From the UHGV virus genome UHGV-0200858: 36,291 nt of DNA; one strand, given 5' to 3'. Origin of the DNA: a virus. A model generated the notes under the pieces. It made no database searches. It was not told the DNA's origin and saw nothing but the letters and a program-made list of their open reading frames with translations. Positions 35,648 through 36,291 of this stretch are shown here, piece after piece; position 1 is the stretch's first letter; every line of letters starts with the position of its first letter. The position numbers and the translations under genes are program-made.

Positions 35648-35730
35648 ATCAGAAAAGTTAAGCGGGGGAGGTTATCCCCCGTAGGCGTTGCCCATCAACA
35701 CCCTTCACACATATATTTAGTATCTATTTT

Positions 35731-36291
35731 TTAGGACACATCGAATTCATCATCTTCTTCGGATTCTTCTTGTTCTTCCGGTTCATCCATTAACGGTAAT
35801 TCTTCTTCGTCCTCGTCTTCACCTAATTCTGCATTTTCGAACATATCCCCTACTTCATTTAAACGACGCTCGATGATCTCCCTTAGCTTATTCTTCAACG
35901 TTTTCTGATCGGTTGCAGATTCGAGAATTTCTAAAGCATCGATTGTGGCGATCTGCAAAATAGTCTGCTTCACTTTCCCGCAGTATTCCGCTAGTTCCTG
36001 TTCTACATACCCTACTGGAATAAGTTGGTTCATCGCTTCCTGGTTCTCGCGTTCGGCAGCATCTGCTAAAGCACGTTCACGGCGTAATTTCTCGACATCG
36101 ATTTGTTCCTTAATAGAAGTTTCTTTGAGCGGGTTAATGATATTTTTCAAGACCCATTCTGTACCCTCTTTTGCTGGTACGCGTCGTGTATTGGTATTAA
36201 ATGGCATTCCTCGTTGCTGCCATTTCTTAGCTGCGTTGATTGTATAGCCGTATAAGCGGGAAATTTCTGTAAGGGTTAATTCTTCTTTCAT
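35731..36291 (-). CDS. Nu1-like winged-HTH DNA-binding protein, putative terminase small subunit (186 aa)
   Basis: N-terminal LTLTEISRLYGYTINAAKKWQQRGMP resembles the lambda Nu1 HTH (QNWQEQGMP), followed by EKLRRE coiled coil and acidic C-terminus; the window ends exactly at the start codon. Confidence 0.5.
   Translation of the reverse strand: MKEELTLTEISRLYGYTINAAKKWQQRGMPFNTNTRRVPAKEGTEWVLKNIINPLKETSIKEQIDVEKLRRERALADAAERENQEAMNQLIPVGYVEQELAEYCGKVKQTILQIATIDALEILESATDQKTLKNKLREIIERRLNEVGDMFENAELGEDEDEEELPLMDEPEEQEESEEDDEFDVS

Noticed and set aside
1-36291. Diversity-generating retroelement or retron
   Set aside because: No reverse-transcriptase-like ORF found anywhere in the window, and no template/variable repeat pair near the 3' ends of the fiber genes

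Overview
This 36.3 kb window reads as part of a tailed-phage (siphovirus-like Caudoviricetes) genome, with no rRNA, tRNA or CRISPR array detected. The core is a long minus-strand morphogenesis block (about 8.8-29.3 kb): large terminase, portal, a prohead protease-scaffold-major capsid fusion, head-tail genes, a side tail fiber with a C-terminal S74-type intramolecular chaperone, major tail tube, two chaperones, tape measure, minor tail proteins and a J-like central fiber. Just downstream lie an M15 endolysin and small membrane proteins. The left end (0-6.8 kb) is an accessory-looking cluster: small membrane/secreted proteins, a large serine recombinase, two paralogous GIY-YIG-like (T5orf172-type) zinc-ribbon proteins, and a UvsW-like SF2 helicase with a small acidic partner. 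The right end (29.3-36.3 kb) looks like an early/control region: divergent transcription units around a 1.2 kb AT-rich non-coding region with consensus sigma70-like promoters, near-palindromic operator candidates, a direct-repeat (iteron-like) array of about 8 GTGTAGGTTT units and a GC-rich island, flanked by a Rha-family protein, small paralogous HTH-like proteins, two acidic candidate host-takeover proteins and a Nu1-like DNA-binding protein. All functional calls are from motif recognition by eye, with no database search. CDS coordinates follow the supplied ORF track, which uses TTG/GTG starts in places; hand-located non-coding features are approximate to a few bases. The most likely places for something undescribed are the recombinase/GIY-YIG/helicase cluster and the iteron-containing control region with its acidic early proteins.
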